A stretch of 63,829 nucleotides of DNA, filler included, from Octopus bimaculoides (lineage: Eukaryota), in NCBI RefSeq assembly GCF_001194135.2. It is 7 parts of 7 records of this genome, joined end to end, with 100 filler letters (N's around TTAATTAATTAA, not from the genome) between each part and the next. Parts side by side here need not be neighbours in the genome. Positions count along the whole stretch, not along the records: positions 22,953 to 30,678 come from NW_026437447.1; positions 30,779 to 54,619 come from NC_069005.1; 5 more parts are not named here. One strand, given 5' to 3'. Made by a program: the position numbers and the translations under genes. Position 1 is the stretch's first letter; the number at the start of each line of letters is the position of its first letter. The notes below the pieces were generated by a model that was not told where the DNA came from, did not search any database, and saw only the letters and a program-made list of their open reading frames with translations. Of the stretch, positions 24,641 through 36,829 are shown one piece after another.

Positions 24641-27469
24641 GTCGGGTATTTTTGAAACTACCCGTTCTATAAGACACTTAAATACATATGAACAGGACGA
24701 AATCCGTCCCCAACCACATCCAAACTCCGCATAAAAATGTCACTCCATCAATAGTAAATACATAGGTAGATATATATATATGTGTGTGTGTTTGCCTCCC
24801 CTGCCATCGCTTGTCCACGCCACACCACTTGACAACTGATGTTGGTTTGTTTACGTCCCCGTCAATTAGCGGTTCCGCAAAAGAGACCGATAGAATAAAT
24901 ACAACACTTAAAAATAAGCACTGGAATCGATTTCTTCGACTACACCCCTCCTAAGACGGTGCCCCAGTATGGCCGCAATTCAATGCCTAAAACAAAGGAA
25001 AACAGTTGTGTGGTAAGAAGTTTGCTTCCCAACCACATGGTTGCGGGTTCAGTCCTACTGCGTGCCACCTTCAGCAGCATGTGTTTTCTACTATAGCCTC
25101 GGATTTGATAGAAGGAAACTGAAAGAAGCCTCTAGTCTGTCTATATATATGAGTGTGTGTGTGTGTGTGTGTGCGTGTGTGTGTGTGTGTGTGCGTGTGT
25201 TTATGTGTGTGTGTGCGTGTGCGTGCGTGTGTGTGTATGTGTGTCACCGCCTCTTGACAACGGATGTTGGTGTGTCTACGTCCCATAACTTAGCGGTTCG
25301 GTAAAAGAGACCGATACAACAAGTACCTGACTCAATAAGAAACTAAGTACTGGAATCGATTAGTTCGACTAAAATTCCTCGAGGCGGTGCTCCAGCATGG
25401 ACGCGGTCGGTCGAATGACTTAAAACAAGAGACAAAAAGAAACAATCGTTCTGCCTAAGGCCAGGCTTGATGGAGCAAAACTGATCAAAAGCGTTCCACT
25501 TATGATCACCCTTACTTTTTGCTAAATACCTTCTTTTCCAAAGACAGTGTGATCAATATGAAGGCATTCCGGCATCTATTTCTAGCAGGTCTGTATTGTG
25601 GCTCCGTTAGCGACCCTTCATAGGTGCATCTATGCATCTATTACAGGGGAAACTACTCCGTCCGGTATTAACAAATTCAGGGGAGACAACTAATAACAAA
25701 ATACCATTAAATGCAATTATTTCCCTTGTTTTCGAGTGCATCAATTGATGCATTTTGAAATTTCAATTGCACACAATTCAAAAACTATTGTAGATTTTGA
25801 CATTATGGTACTTCATTTTCCATAGTTTTATGATATACACTATAGGCGTAGGAGTGGCTGTGTGGTAAGTAGCTTGCTTACCAACCACATGGTTCCGGGT
25901 TTAGTCCCACTGCGTGACACCTTGGGCAAGTGTCTTCTACTATAGCCTCGGGCCGACCAAAGCTTTGTGAGTGGATTTGGTAGACGGAAACTGAAAGAAG
26001 CCCGTTATATATATATATTAATAGAAACTTCATTTATCCACCATTACTATTTTCTGTGTTGGTCTTTGAACGATGAGAACAAACAATATGTGCACACTAG
26101 GCGAGACAAACAAACCCCTGGGGGAAGGGGATCTATTAAAATAAAATAGCTTGTATAGTTATACCTCACTTTACGAGGACACGCTTTACGAGACCCCGGG
26201 TTTAAGAGTTTTATTTATAATAAATTTTCAAGCACAAGATCCANNNNNNNNNNNNNNNNNNNNNNNNNNNNNNNNNNNNNNNNNNNNNNNNNNNNNNNNN
26301 NNNNNNNNNNNNNNNNNNNNNNNNNNNNNNNNNNNNNNNNNNNNNNNNNNNNNNNNNNNNNNNNNNNNNNNNNNNNNNNNNNNNNNNNNNNNNNNNNNNN
26401 NNNNNNNNNNNNNNNNNNNNNNNNNNNNNNNNNNNNNNNNNNNNNNNNNNNNNNNNNNNNNNNNNNNNNNNNNNNNNNNNNNNNNNNNNNNNNNNNNNNN
26501 NNNNNNNNNNNNNNNNNNNNNNNNNNNNNNNNNNNNNNNNNNNNNNNNNNNNNNNNNNNNNNNNNNNNNNNNNNNNNNNNNNNNNNNNNNNNNNNNNNNN
26601 NNNNNNNNNNNNNNNNNNNNNNNNNNNNNNNNNNNNNNNNNNNNNNNNNNNNNNNNNNNNNNNNNNNNNNNNNNNNNNNNNNNNNNNNNNNNNNNNNNNN
26701 NCTTCATAAACTTAGTAGCTTCGGGTAATTTCAACGTCGGCGTCAAATCTATTGAATCTTGCAGAAAGGGAGTTGTCTCTTAGTAATGAGCTCGAATCAA
26801 GTAGTAATACCACGACTAAAGATCCGGACTGGCCTCCACAGGTGACTGCGGAGGTCGTGTCGGATAGTGACATATGTACGGCGGTGAATTCCTTACCCAT
26901 CGACGAATTCCGTATTGCAAAGTGGCCCGACATAGACCCACCGTGGTGCTTGAGAGAAGCGATGAATCTATCGGGCGAAAAAACGTAAGAGGACGAGTGC
27001 CTCATATTGTGTAATGAAAAATTGTAAGAGGCAAATGCCTTAATTTATGACTTTTTTATGTACGAGGTTCATAGAGAGAAGCAAAGTTCGGCAGACGACT
27101 TCTGCCTTCTCCCATTATACCATCATATTTATCATCCGTTTCATCTCATTAATGAGTTCGTCTAGCCCGCAGCTACTCTGTGTACTGCCTTTATGGAAAA
27201 TCGAATGAAATAAAGTAGTAATACCACGATTCGGTGGGAAGAGAGACAGCTTGGTGAATGGAGACAAAATCAAAAATTATGGTACTGATGTCTGAATAGT
27301 AAGATGTCAAAACTACTGGTTGGTCTGGTGCTCCTGTGTGATACAGAATTGGTAAGACTCTTTAGGAATGAAGTCCGAAAATATTGTAAACAGTTCGGAT
27401 CAAAACTTATGGGCGAGCAGCGAAGACAGCATTTTCACGTATAGCAGACATTTCTCAGGCAGACGATAG

Positions 27470-27740
27470 ATATTTGGACCCCCCTGATTTGACGGGCAAC
27501 ACTTTTCATTAATGTTTTATGTAGTGTTTTTGGTACCGAAACACTTTCAAACTTCGTATACTTGTATATTTTGTGTTATAGAACAGATAAAATTTTTTTG
27601 TATTCGAAGTTATTTCACGTAAAAAATTGTCGTATTTCGGTAATTTCAACCAATCACTGACGTCTATTGAGGTGAAAACAATTACTGCCGTGGAATGTAA
27701 ACAACGTCGTCTGCCCGTCAAATCAGAAAGATCCAAATAT
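27470..27740. mobile_element. MITE with ~30-bp TIRs
   Basis: ATATTTGGA.....CTGATTTGACGGGCA at the left end and its reverse complement at 27712-27740. Confidence 0.75.
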
Positions 27741-28034
27741 TTTGCTTCGCTTGCCCCACGCCAAAGATTTCTTAAAATTCTTTAAGATTTCACCTCGAAA
27801 GAGTTTTACCAAATCACTTTGGAGACAGAGGCTATGCTGACATCAGCGCTTTAATTTCATATAATTTAATCATTTCGTCCCTTTACCCCCACCTTGCCTA
27901 ATAATATTATTGTTATTATTATTATTATTATTATTATTTATTATTGAGTGAGAGAGCAGTGCATGTTATCAAAGTGACTCTGGGGTAAAATATACGAAGC
28001 CCAGTATACCCAAGGGTACACCAGGAAATAGCAG

Positions 28035-28270
28035 AAGGCGGCGAGCTGGCAGAAACGTTAGCACGCCGGGAGAAACGCTTAGCGGTATTTCGTCTGTCTT
28101 GATGTTCTGAGTTCGAATTCCGCCGAGGTCGACTTTGCCTTTCATCCTTTCGGGGTCGATTAAATAAGTACCAGTTACGCACTGGGGGTCGATGTAATCG
28201 ACTTAATCCCTTTGTCTGTCCTTGTTTGTCCCCTCCCCCTGTGTGTAGCCCCTTGTGGGCAGTAAAGAAA
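28035..28270 (+). mobile_element. tRNA-derived SINE with a conserved central domain (Meta-domain-like)
   Basis: GAGCTGGCAGAA head, GAGTTCGAATTCC B-box, GCCTTTCATCCTTTCGGGGTCGAT..AATAAGTACCAG core; copies at about 20555-20780(+), 32020-32290(-), 41560-41790(-), 44350-44620(-), 45780-46220(-, two), 55930-56130(+) and 57650-57860(+). Confidence 0.85.
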
Positions 28271-28984
28271 CAAGAAAATAGCAGTTACTACTCAAGGACA
28301 AAAATCGTGTTATACTGTGTATTTAAGTATCTTCCAGACATCTTTCTGAGTCCTGGGTGTAACTTTGTAACGGGTGGTGGTTTGCTGCTTGAAAATGGAA
28401 ACATATTTCTTGGGCTGTGTGGAGAAGTAGCTAACAATATTCTTGAACATTTAACAGAAGTTTTATTTGCCATACAGTGTGTACAGCAATTACACACTAG
28501 AAGTGACATACTAGTGAACTTCATGACAATTAACAGATATAGCAATCTGTGACTGACCCGGCACAACTGGGAAACAATCGCGCAATATTCACGGCGACAA
28601 ATCATTCTCTGTCTTCCATCTGCCATCTGCTGGTGGTGAATGACAATGGAGACATCAGGTGGCGGTCTCAGTATTCTGGGACTGCTGCCATCCAAAAACC
28701 ACCTTTATACAAGACCTGATGAGGAAGTTCTAGAGTGGTCGTTTAATCAGCCGATCACGTGAAACTACTCTGGCTTGGTCGTGATGTCCACTCAGCTACC
28801 CAGCGATTCGGCTTCGAATCTGCTACAACTCCAAACTGTATCCAGTAGTGAGGCCTTGGTTCAGGAGATCCAGGATTTTGAAGTGTGACGGTGCCCCAGT
28901 ATGGCCACAGTTCGAAGGACTGAAACAAGGAACAGATAAAACATGGAAGATCTACCAAGTATTGTTCATGATCAAAGGTGGTGG

Positions 28985-29270
28985 AGGACTGGTGAACCAG
29001 ATGGCTACACCAGGCTCCAATCTGATTTGGCAGAGTTTCTACAGCTGGATGCCCTTCCTAACACCAACCACTCCGAGAGTGTAGTGGGTGCTTTTACGTG
29101 CCACAGGCACGAAGGCCAGTAAGGTGGTACTGGCAACGGCCACGCTCAAAATGGTGTATTTTACGTGACACCTGCACAGGAGCCAGTCCAGCGGCACTGG
29201 CAACGATCTCGCTCGAATGTCTTACCTGTGCCAGGAAGGCGACGCTGGGCACAGGTGCCATCACGATTTC
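28985..29270 (-). mobile_element. RTE 3' UTR fragment
   Basis: Matches 5020-5300 and 12800-13095. Confidence 0.85.
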
Positions 29271-29452
29271 TCTATTGGCGATTTAAAGTCTATTTCCTAG
29301 CATATTGGCATAGAAATCTTTTTTCTTTTACCCTTGTTTATAATTTTCACCTTTAAAGGTTATTTAATATGCTGGCCACTTTTGATGGAATTTTTTTAGA
29401 AAAAAATGTTATCCTATATTAGAAGTATATATATATTTTTTCTCTCCTTGTT

Positions 29453-29490
29453 TCTTTCTGTGGAAGAGTGTAGGCTCGAAACGTTAAAGA
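29453..29490 (+). ncRNA. Degenerate minimal type I hammerhead-like motif, probably in a Penelope-like terminal repeat
   Basis: TCTTT-CTGTGGA-A-GAG(tgtagg)CTC-GAA-ACGT-T-AAAGA: 5-bp stem I, 3-bp stem II, palindromic ACGT stem III; core has A6U and H17=U deviations. Confidence 0.4.
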
Positions 29491-29580
29491 CTTTTTCAAT
29501 TTCCGAGTGTTATACTAATACATCTGTGTGTTTTCTACACCACCTGTCTTCGTCTGTTGTTTTTTTTTTTTGCTAATTCT

Positions 29581-29625
<45 letters not shown>

Positions 29626-30215
29626 GTATACAAGATGCATATATGACAGGCGTCTTTCAGTTTCTGTCGATCAAATCCACTCACAAAGCATTGGTTGGCC
29701 CAAGGCTATAGCAAAAAACACTTGCCCAAGGTACAACACGGTGGGGCTAAACCGAGAACCATATGGTTAGTAAGCAAACTTCTTACCACACACCCACACC
29801 TGCACATATGACAATAAACAGATAATTGTAAAAACAACAAAAACAAACACTCATAGTTGATATTTTATTGACGAAGTTATTTATTTTTTATTGTTATCAT
29901 TTTTAATTAATATTTTTGTGAAAGATTGATGTGGGGGGAGTGGGGTAATATTTTTTTTTTTATAAATAATATTAAATGTTTTTTTTTTTCTGAAGTTTTC
30001 TTTGTATATATATATATATGTATATATATAAGTTTTAATCAATTATATCTAGAATTGTTGGTTTAATTAAACGTTTAATTATTGATTGATTGGGTAGTGG
30101 TTATTGCTGTTGTTAAATATTTTGTTAGCAGCAAATAGAGAGAGAGAGGAAGGAAGGAAGGAAGAGGAAGATAAGATAGTGCAAAGAGAAAGAAGGAAGA
30201 ACATAAGAAAGAAGA

Positions 30216-30247
<32 letters not shown>

Positions 30248-30257
30248 NNNNNNNNNN

Positions 30258-30295
<38 letters not shown>

Positions 30296-30442
30296 GGGGG
30301 GATATGGAACAGCAGTAGACTGAAGCGGCTGATTATATATATACATTTGTGAATAAGACATAATATATTTAGATAGATACATACATAGATATATGTATGT
30401 ATATGTATACATATGTAGATAGATGGATAGATAGATACACAA

Positions 30443-30477
<35 letters not shown>

Positions 30478-30778
30478 CACACATATATATAAACATATAT
30501 AAATATATATATATATAGATAGATACGCATACATACTAATAAAAATACACATTTGTATATATATATCTAAATATATACGTACCTGCACACATACATATAT
30601 GTATATACACACATACAAATGTTTATATACATGTACCCAGTTATGTATCTATATGTACATGTAGATGAAGGTATGTACNNNNNNNNNNNNNNNNNNNNNN
30701 NNNNNNNNNNNNNNNNNNNNNNTTAATTAATTAANNNNNNNNNNNNNNNNNNNNNNNNNNNNNNNNNNNNNNNNNNNN

Positions 30779-30878
<100 letters not shown>

Positions 30879-30958
30879 GATGATGATGACGATGACGATG
30901 ATGATGACGATGACGATGATGATGATGATGACGTCGACGATGATGATGATGACGACGA

Positions 30959-30992
<34 letters not shown>

Positions 30993-31460
30993 GGTGATGA
31001 TGATGATGATGATGTATTGCCTATGGAACTCTTTGATTCCTGTTTTACTCTACTGGACCTACAAAGCCATTTGGTGTGTATAAAAAAAATCCTACTGAAT
31101 TTTTATTATAAAATATTATTAGGAATTATATTTTTAAAAAAAAATTAAATATTTTGTGTATTGTAGAAGTATGGGAGCCAATTTATAGCACAAATTTTAA
31201 CAACAAAATCTTATACAGATCCCCAAAGGCCATACGAGCCCTGGTTTAGAACCACTAGTTTATACTGCACGTTTGTGTGGATACATGTCTGTCATGTGTT
31301 GTACTTGAAATAAATAAGCTACATCATGGTCCTTCAAGAATTATTAGAGATCAAAGACCTTACATTGATTATTCGAGCGCTCTTAGATAACAGCTGCTCT
31401 TTGTACAGTCTTGGCGAATCTTATGGTTTGTTATAAACGGCTGCGTGGGTTGAGTGTAAT

Positions 31461-31481
31461 ATGTCATTTATGAAAATGGAA
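31461..31481 (+). CDS. CENPV: CENP-V/GFA-family gene, coding exon 1 (MSFMKME)
   Basis: First ATG after an in-frame TAA; ends GAA|gtaagt (consensus donor); phase 0 matches exon 2; CpG-richer surroundings. Confidence 0.65.
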
Positions 31482-32317
31482 GTAAGTATGCGAACGTGTT
31501 TTTATTCTTACAATTATTGTTACCCTTATTGGTGTTATTTTTATTATTTATAAATGTTTATTATTCATAAATTATTGCTATTTTAAACAACAATAATAAT
31601 AATAGTAATAATAGTAATGACAGTTAGGTTTAACGAAAGAATACCGGCTTTTTTATTATTAACCACAAAGTGTTGACAAAAAAGATTGAGGGCGGTGCAG
31701 AACGAAACAAGGTGGGTTTACATAAAAACACATGTAAGCAAGAGAAATAACTACAACAACAAAAATTCAAACACAGGAAAATTTCTCTAAAAGTTAGGAG
31801 ACGTCCGAGGTTTATTCTTGGAAACTCCCCCAAAATCACGGTCACTCTAATCCCTAAAGCAAGCGCCCTCTCCTAGCTGTCGTTCTGTCTACAGATGCAT
31901 GCCCGGAACAGGTTCGTTTACTCGGACAGTGCTTGTCACACTCGTCCGCTTTTCAGTAATAATAGTTTCAGAATTTAAGCACAAAACCAGTAATTTTAAA
32001 GGGTGGGGAGTCAGTCGATGCTGTAAATTCCAGTACGTGACCCCGGGGGCAGAGATGTAATTTCTAAAAAGTTGAATACAGAACATAAAGAGCTGCAACT
32101 AAATACAAGGTATTTTATTTTACTCGCAGCTGTTTGTCGGGGAGGGGGATAGTCGATATCATTGTCTTTCGTACTTGACTGGTACTTTATTTTATCGACC
32201 CCGAAAAGATGAAAGGCAAAGTTAACTTCGGCGGGGCTTAAACTTAGAACGTAAAAACGCAAAGAGCCGGACGCCTTGCGGTATTTAGTTATACTTCTAT
32301 TCGTTCTGGCTTTACAT

Positions 32318-32465
32318 CAGTGGTTCCCAACCTGTGGTCCGCAAAGGTACCAATGGAGGTCCGTGAACATGTTAAGCTGACAGGCCTTTCAATATCCTGG
32401 GGTCCGTAGGAAAACTCATTTAAATAAAAGGGGCACTTGGTTGTGAAAAGGTTGGGAACTCATTG
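32318..32465. mobile_element. hAT (Charlie-like) MITE in CENP-V intron 1
   Basis: TIR CAGTGGTTCCCAACC / GGTTGGGAACTCATTG; 8-bp TSD CTTTACAT / CTTTACGT. Confidence 0.85.
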
Positions 32466-34251
32466 CTTTACGTTATATCGAGGTTAAAGGTTTTTTCATC
32501 CACCCGGGGTCGATAAAATCACTCAGTAAAACATTCTTCAATTTAAGACAGTAAAATGTTAGCTGAAGGAAACTTTGACTGGTATTTGTCGCAAGCCTAG
32601 TGACCGACCATGTAAAGCAGTGATTTTCAACTGGAGTCCATATAAGATACTTTTTGTTAAAATTTATATGCACTAAATTATTTATACTTCTACACTACAC
32701 TAAATATATTAACATTTGTCTCATGTAATTCCTGATAATGTTTAATTCTAAAAGTATAATAGGACTTTTTAAACATCGAATGGCTATGAGGGTCAACCTG
32801 ACTAAAATAGGAATCAAAACGATCCTTTGGTGAAAAAAAAAATGGTTGATAATCACTGATGGTGAGGTTATTTTTGTTGTGGTTGATGTTTTGGCTCCAG
32901 GTCAGTCCCGATTGTAAAGTAATACATTCAATATAACTTCCAAATTCACGAATTTGTGCCTGTATTAAAAAAATTGCTTAGGGTCGAAGATCTCGATTAA
33001 GCATTTCCCCACTCAAAATTGCTGGCCTTATGCCTAAATCATAAATCATTGTTATAATTTATTAATTTCTCTAAAGTTATTGATCGGTATGCAGAATATG
33101 TGATTTGGTTTAGATTCTGGTCCTATTAAAAAGTATCAGAAATTTAACGATGTTGAAAATCGCATAATTCAACGAATGCGGCAGGGGAAGTAACTCTGCT
33201 GTATTTTTATTTTTCTTTTCTCTTTGGGCATGAGCGCAACTGGTAGTTACCCAAGGGGCCTCACAGACATGAGACTCAATTCTGCATATCTTCTGGCTTG
33301 TTTATCAATAAATACAATAAGGCCCTGTGCATTGATTTGGGGAGATATGCAGCTCTGTGGTTAGGGTGTTTGGACTCATGAAGTAAGATTGTGGTTTCAG
33401 TTTGTGGACCAGGCGACATGTTGCTTTCTTGAGCAAAACGTTTTTATTTCACGTTGCTCCAGTCCACTCAGCTGGCAAAAATGAGTAACCCTGCGACAGA
33501 GTAGGGTCCCATCCAGGTGGAGAATATATATAACTGGGAGACTGGGCCTTATGAGTCAGCATGATTCAATAAGATAACTTTACCTTTGCACACTGATTTG
33601 CTTGGGGGGGGGGGCATAATGCTGCTAAGATGGCCATGGCTCTGGTACCTCGTTTATCATTCTTTAGTCCTGTGTGATCCTATGATCAAATACATTCAAA
33701 CCGAAACCATTTTTTTTTCTTCTTCATGTCGTGTATCTAGGACTACATCGTCCGGTGTAACTTTTTAACACGAAAGGTGATTTTATGGAGATTTTGGTTT
33801 TAGTTCTTACAGGAAGAACTGCTACTTTTAGGGGTTCTCTCACTAGCTCATTGTCTAGTTATTCAACACCAAGTAGCCACCATGAGGCTTATGATCATAA
33901 ACATCTCGACCATGCCAGCTTCATTTTTCCTCAGATATATTGCATAAATTGACTCCCCATTTTTTTAAAGACTAGAATGTGATTTAAGAGACATTTGACT
34001 GCTATTTCTAGGAAGCCAAACAACTATAGAGCAATAGTTCTCAAATGGGGTCCACATGGCCCCTGAAAGTCCATATAATATTTTGGGGGTTCCACATTGC
34101 AAAATAGTATTTTAAGGGCTCCTGAGAAAATAAGTGCCAAAGAAGCTCTGGGGTCAATGTGATCGACTTACCCCCAACCTCCCCAAAATTGCTGGCCTTG
34201 TGCCAAAATTTGAAACCAATATTATGCTAATGGACATATGTTGCATTGCAG

Positions 34252-34343
34252 ATCATTAAAAAAGCATACTTTGGTGGCTGTCACTGTGGAGCGGTTCGAT
34301 TCCAATGTTGGGCACCAGAAACATTACTGGTTCTTGAATGCAA
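34252..34343 (+). CDS. CENPV: CENP-V-like coding exon 2 (IIKKAYFGGCHCGAVRFQCWAPETLLVLEC)
   Basis: gcag| acceptor and AA|gtgagt donor; GGCHCGAVRF is the hallmark N-terminal motif of CENP-V/GFA proteins. Confidence 0.93.
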
Positions 34344-35175
34344 GTGAGTTTCCTTATTTATTTCCTTCAGGGGTTTTTTGTTTTGTGCCTGAGGTAGACG
34401 ATGACATGCAGTTTGCCCAGTTGTTTAGTGTGGGATTGGTTTGTTAAAACCTGTGGAAGAAAGGATGGTGATATGCAGGCTCATTATAGAATTGTAACTG
34501 CATGTGTTATTGATAGCTGCATGTATGTGTGTATCTATATATATATATATATATATATAGTTATTGCCAAGTCAACATGGCAGTCCCAAAATTAGGACGA
34601 AAGCTGCCGTGAATTAGCTCCAAGAAGCCATCGCCTCTAGCTAGCTATGTGACACACGAAACCTGTGTCCTTTATAACCATATATATATGGGCATATGTG
34701 TATATGTATGTGTTTGTGTGTATATATATATATATNNNNNNNNNNNNNNNNNNNNNNNNNNNNNNNNNNNNNNNNNNNNNNNNNNNNNNNNNNNNNNNNN
34801 NNNNNNNNNNNNNNNNNNNNNNNNNNNNNNNNNNNNNNNNNNNNNNNNNNNNNNNNNNNNNNNNNNNNNNNNNNNNNNNNNNNNNNNNNNNNNNNNNNNN
34901 NNNNNNNNNNNNNNNNNNNNNNNNNNNNNNNNNNNNNNNNNNNNNNNNNNNNNNNNNNNNNNNNNNNNNNNNNNNNNNNNNNNNNNNNNNNNNNNNNNNN
35001 NNNNNNNNNNNNNNNNNNNNNNNNNNNNNNNNNNNNNNNNNNNNNNNNNNNNNNNNNNNNNNNNNNNNNNNNNNNNNNNNNNNNNNNNNNNNNNNNNNNN
35101 NNNNNNNNNNNNNNNNNNNNNNNNNNNNNNNNNNNNNNNNNNNNNNNNNNNNNNNNNNNNNNNNNNNNNNNNNNN

Positions 35176-35573
35176 GTCTTCTCAGTCACAGCATACCTCC
35201 AGAGGTCTCTGTCTTTTGTCATTGCCTCTGTGAGGCCCAATGTTTGAAGGTCATGCTTCACCACCTCATCCCATGTCTTCCTGGGTCTCCCTCTACCCCG
35301 GATTCCTTCCACTGTTTGGGAGTGGCACTTCTTCACACAGTTCTCCTCGTCCATCCACAGTACATGACCATACCAGCGCAAACGTCTCTCTTGCACGCCA
35401 CATCCGATGCTTCTTATGTCTAACATTTCTCTCAGGGTGCTTACCCTCTGTCGTGTGTGCACACCGACATTACACATCCGGCGGATCGTGCTAGCTTCAT
35501 TTCTTTCGAGCCTACACATGTCTTCAGCCGTCATGCCCCATGTTTCACTGCCATGAAGCATGAAAGTTCGCAT
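35176..35573 (-). mobile_element. RTE LINE RT C-terminal fragment, relatively intact
   Basis: MLHGSETW...RLERNEA..IRRMC...RRLRWYGHVL.MDEE.CVKKC...GRGRPRKTW, open to the gap. Confidence 0.92.
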
Positions 35574-35748
35574 GGCACATAAAAAGCACCCACTACACTC
35601 TTAGAGTGGTTGGCGTTAGGAAGGGCATCCAGCTGTAGAAACACTGCCAGATCAGATTAGGGCCTGGTGCAGCCTCCTGGTTTCCCAGACCCCAGTCAAA
35701 CCGTCCAACCCATGCCAGCATGAAAAACGGACGTTAAACGATGATGAT
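35574..35748 (+). mobile_element. RTE 3' terminal fragment, joined head-to-head with the preceding RT fragment
   Basis: GTGGTTGGCGTTAGGAAGGGCATCCAGCTGTAGAA...GTTAAACGATGATGATG in plus sense. Confidence 0.88.
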
Positions 35749-36759
35749 GTGTATGTGTGTGTATAGATGTTTATTTGGGAATATGTGTTTGTGTGTGTGT
35801 GTATATGTTTTTATATGTATGTATATGTTTTTATGTGTGTATATGTTTGTATATTTGTACATGTATATATTTGTTTATGTATGTGTGTCTGTGTGTATGC
35901 ATGTGTGTGAAAGCACATGGCTTAGTGGTTAGGTTATTCAGTTCACAATCATAAGGTCATGAACTTGATTCCCAGTGATACATTGTATCCTTGAGCAAGA
36001 CTCTTTATTTCGCGTCACTCCATTCCACTCAGCTGGCAAAAATAAGCTGTACCTTTATTTCAAAGGGCCAGCCTTGTCACATTTTGTGTCACACTGAATT
36101 TCTTTGAGAACTACATTAAGGGTACACGTGTCTGTGGAGTACTCAGCCACTTGCACGTTAATTTCACGAGTAGGTTGCTCCGTTGATCGGATCGACTGGA
36201 ACCTTCGTCATCATAACTGATGGAGCACCAATTAACATTTGTGTGAATGTTAAAATTCCATGCTTTGCAAGGAAAAGTACTGAGCTATGGCCAAGCATGT
36301 TTGTCGCCATTTTCCTTTGACTACAAATCTGGTAAATCTACATTTTCAAAAAACACCATCTTCATCTTCTTTGCCCATTTATTCCTGAGAAGGTTGTAAA
36401 ACTACTTCTCTCTTTATAAATGTCCTTGAAATTCCACACTGCCTTAGCTTTGTTGCATCATTTTATTTAACATATACACGCTCACACACAACCCACATTA
36501 GACTCCTCACTCATACCGTTATCGAACTGGTAGTCTAACAGCAGTCCTTCAGTACTTACATAGCCTCACACACATTTTGGGTCCTCTGGACACCAAAATC
36601 TCTCATATATATGTATATATATATATGTATGTATATATCTATACGTGTGTCTGTGTTTGTCCACCACCACTTGACAATTAGTGTTGGTGTGTTTGTATAC
36701 CTGTATGGTACTATAATATACTGTACTGTGTAGTATTCTTTCCTTTCTTTCTTTTATAG

Positions 36760-36829
36760 TTGCAGTATTTGCTTTGTGAAACACAATACTCATTTTATTG
36801 TACATGAATCAAATATGGAAATACTCAAG
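36760..36829 (+). CDS. CENPV: CENP-V-like coding exon 3 (N-CSICFVKHNTHFIVHESNMEILK)
   Basis: Polypyrimidine tract + tag| acceptor, AAG|gttggc donor; phase 2 in / phase 0 out completes CNCSIC and matches the CENP-V HFIV motif. Confidence 0.92.
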
